Shown piece by piece: positions 63,167 to 64,000 of a stretch of DNA of 64,000 nt. The position numbers and the translations under genes were made by a program. Location of the stretch: the NCBI GenBank assembly GCA_965113315.1, contig OZ220364.1; one strand, given 5' to 3'. Numbering within the stretch: position 1 is the first letter of the stretch; the number at the start of each line of letters is the position of its first letter. The notes under the pieces are model-generated. The model made no database searches. It was not told where the DNA came from and worked only from the letters and a program-made list of their open reading frames with translations. The DNA is from Podarcis vaucheri (Eukaryota).

Positions 63167-63408
63167 CAGTGGTACCTCAGGTTACAGACGCTTCAGGTTA
63201 CATACGCTTCAGGTTACAGTCTCCACTAACCCAGAAATAGTGCTTCAGATTAAGAACTTTGCTTCAGGATGAGAACAGAAATCATGCTCCGGCGGCGCAG
63301 CGGCAGCAGGAGGCCGCAATAGCTAAAGTGGTGCTTCAGGTTAAGAACAGTTTCAGGTTAAGTACGGACCTCCGGAATGAATTAAGTATTTAACCCGAGG
63401 TACCACTG
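63167..63408 (-). mobile_element. Tigger-like MITE family A, copy 11
   Basis: TIRs and family body. Confidence 0.9.
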
Positions 63409-63797
63409 TATTCTATTCAGGTTTGGAATTCAAGTCTAAAAACAGTGTAATCTCCTCCTCTTCCTCCTCCAAACTAACCCCCCCCCCTTTCCTTCTTTCC
63501 TGGCCTGTGCTATTTGGACTCTCCTTCAGAACACCTTCACAATGGTACCTCTCTTACTTTCAAATCCCTTCTCAGAACTCACATTTCCCATGATACCTGT
63601 GGCACAATTCTTTTGTCCCCATACCCTACAATCCTAGATAACTGTAGCTGAAACAACATACGTGTGCTATGCTTGCCCGCATCTCCCTTTCATTCCTTTG
63701 TTGTCTTTCTATGCAGTGATAGGAGTTTTTCTAGGAACTCTAGAATTGCATTGGAATATTTTCAGTTTGCACTGGGATATTTTCTGGGGCTCTAAGG

Positions 63798-63930
63798 TAA
63801 GGTTACCAGATGTCCCCGATTCCTGGGAACAGTCCCCGGATTTACAAATCAGTCCCCATACAAAACCCTATCATTCCTACTGAAGTTAAAAAGTGTCCCC
63901 GGATTCATTGAAAAAAATCTGGTAATCTTA
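63798..63930. mobile_element. hAT-Blackjack-like MITE
   Basis: TIR TAAGGTTACCAGAT / ATCTGGTAATCTTA; flanking duplication TCTAAGG. Confidence 0.75.
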
Positions 63931-64000
63931 TCTAAGGCGTGATCTAATTCAGCATGTTTATATTATTGCATTTGGTAAACAAAGTTAGAATATTTGAAAC

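Noticed and set aside
10400-63408. CRISPR-like or regularly spaced repeat system
   Set aside because: The repeats are dispersed eukaryotic MITEs with TIRs and TA TSDs, irregular spacing and both orientations.
18661-64000. SUCLG2 exon 3 (…AKEIVLKAQILAGGRGKG…)
   Set aside because: Not found by eye or in the ORF track. It presumably lies beyond the window, though it could be hidden in the 32370-32623 gap.

Overview
This is vertebrate genomic DNA from a squamate, probably a lacertid lizard (inferred from Sauria/Squam1-type SINEs, BovB, CR1 and L2). The window lies inside one large host gene, SUCLG2 (GTP-specific succinyl-CoA ligase beta subunit, + strand). Only one exon is present: the 142-bp coding exon 2 at 18519-18660. 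Everything else is intron 1 or intron 2, densely filled with transposable elements. These include 11 copies of one TA-flanked Tc1/mariner (Tigger-like) MITE and related MITEs, hAT hairpin MITEs, 6 Sauria SINEs, and BovB, CR1, L2 and RTE/RTE-X fragments. There are also tRNA-headed SINEs with CR1 tails, a solo LTR, microsatellites and two assembly gaps. Nearly all ORFs in the ORF track are TE-derived or chance. I do not see a new multi-gene system. The best leads are: (1) an antisense galectin-1-like processed pseudogene missed by the ORF track and joined to an L2 3' end; (2) a solo LTR whose putative U3 is one uninterrupted ORF; (3) two adjacent SINEs sharing a CR1 tail but carrying different tRNA heads (Asn and Lys); (4) a three-level CR1>MITE>CR1 nest whose inner CR1 has lost its RT domain in frame; (5) a Tc2/pogo-like element built from tandem 99-bp palindromes. 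TE family names come from recognition by eye, not from database searches.
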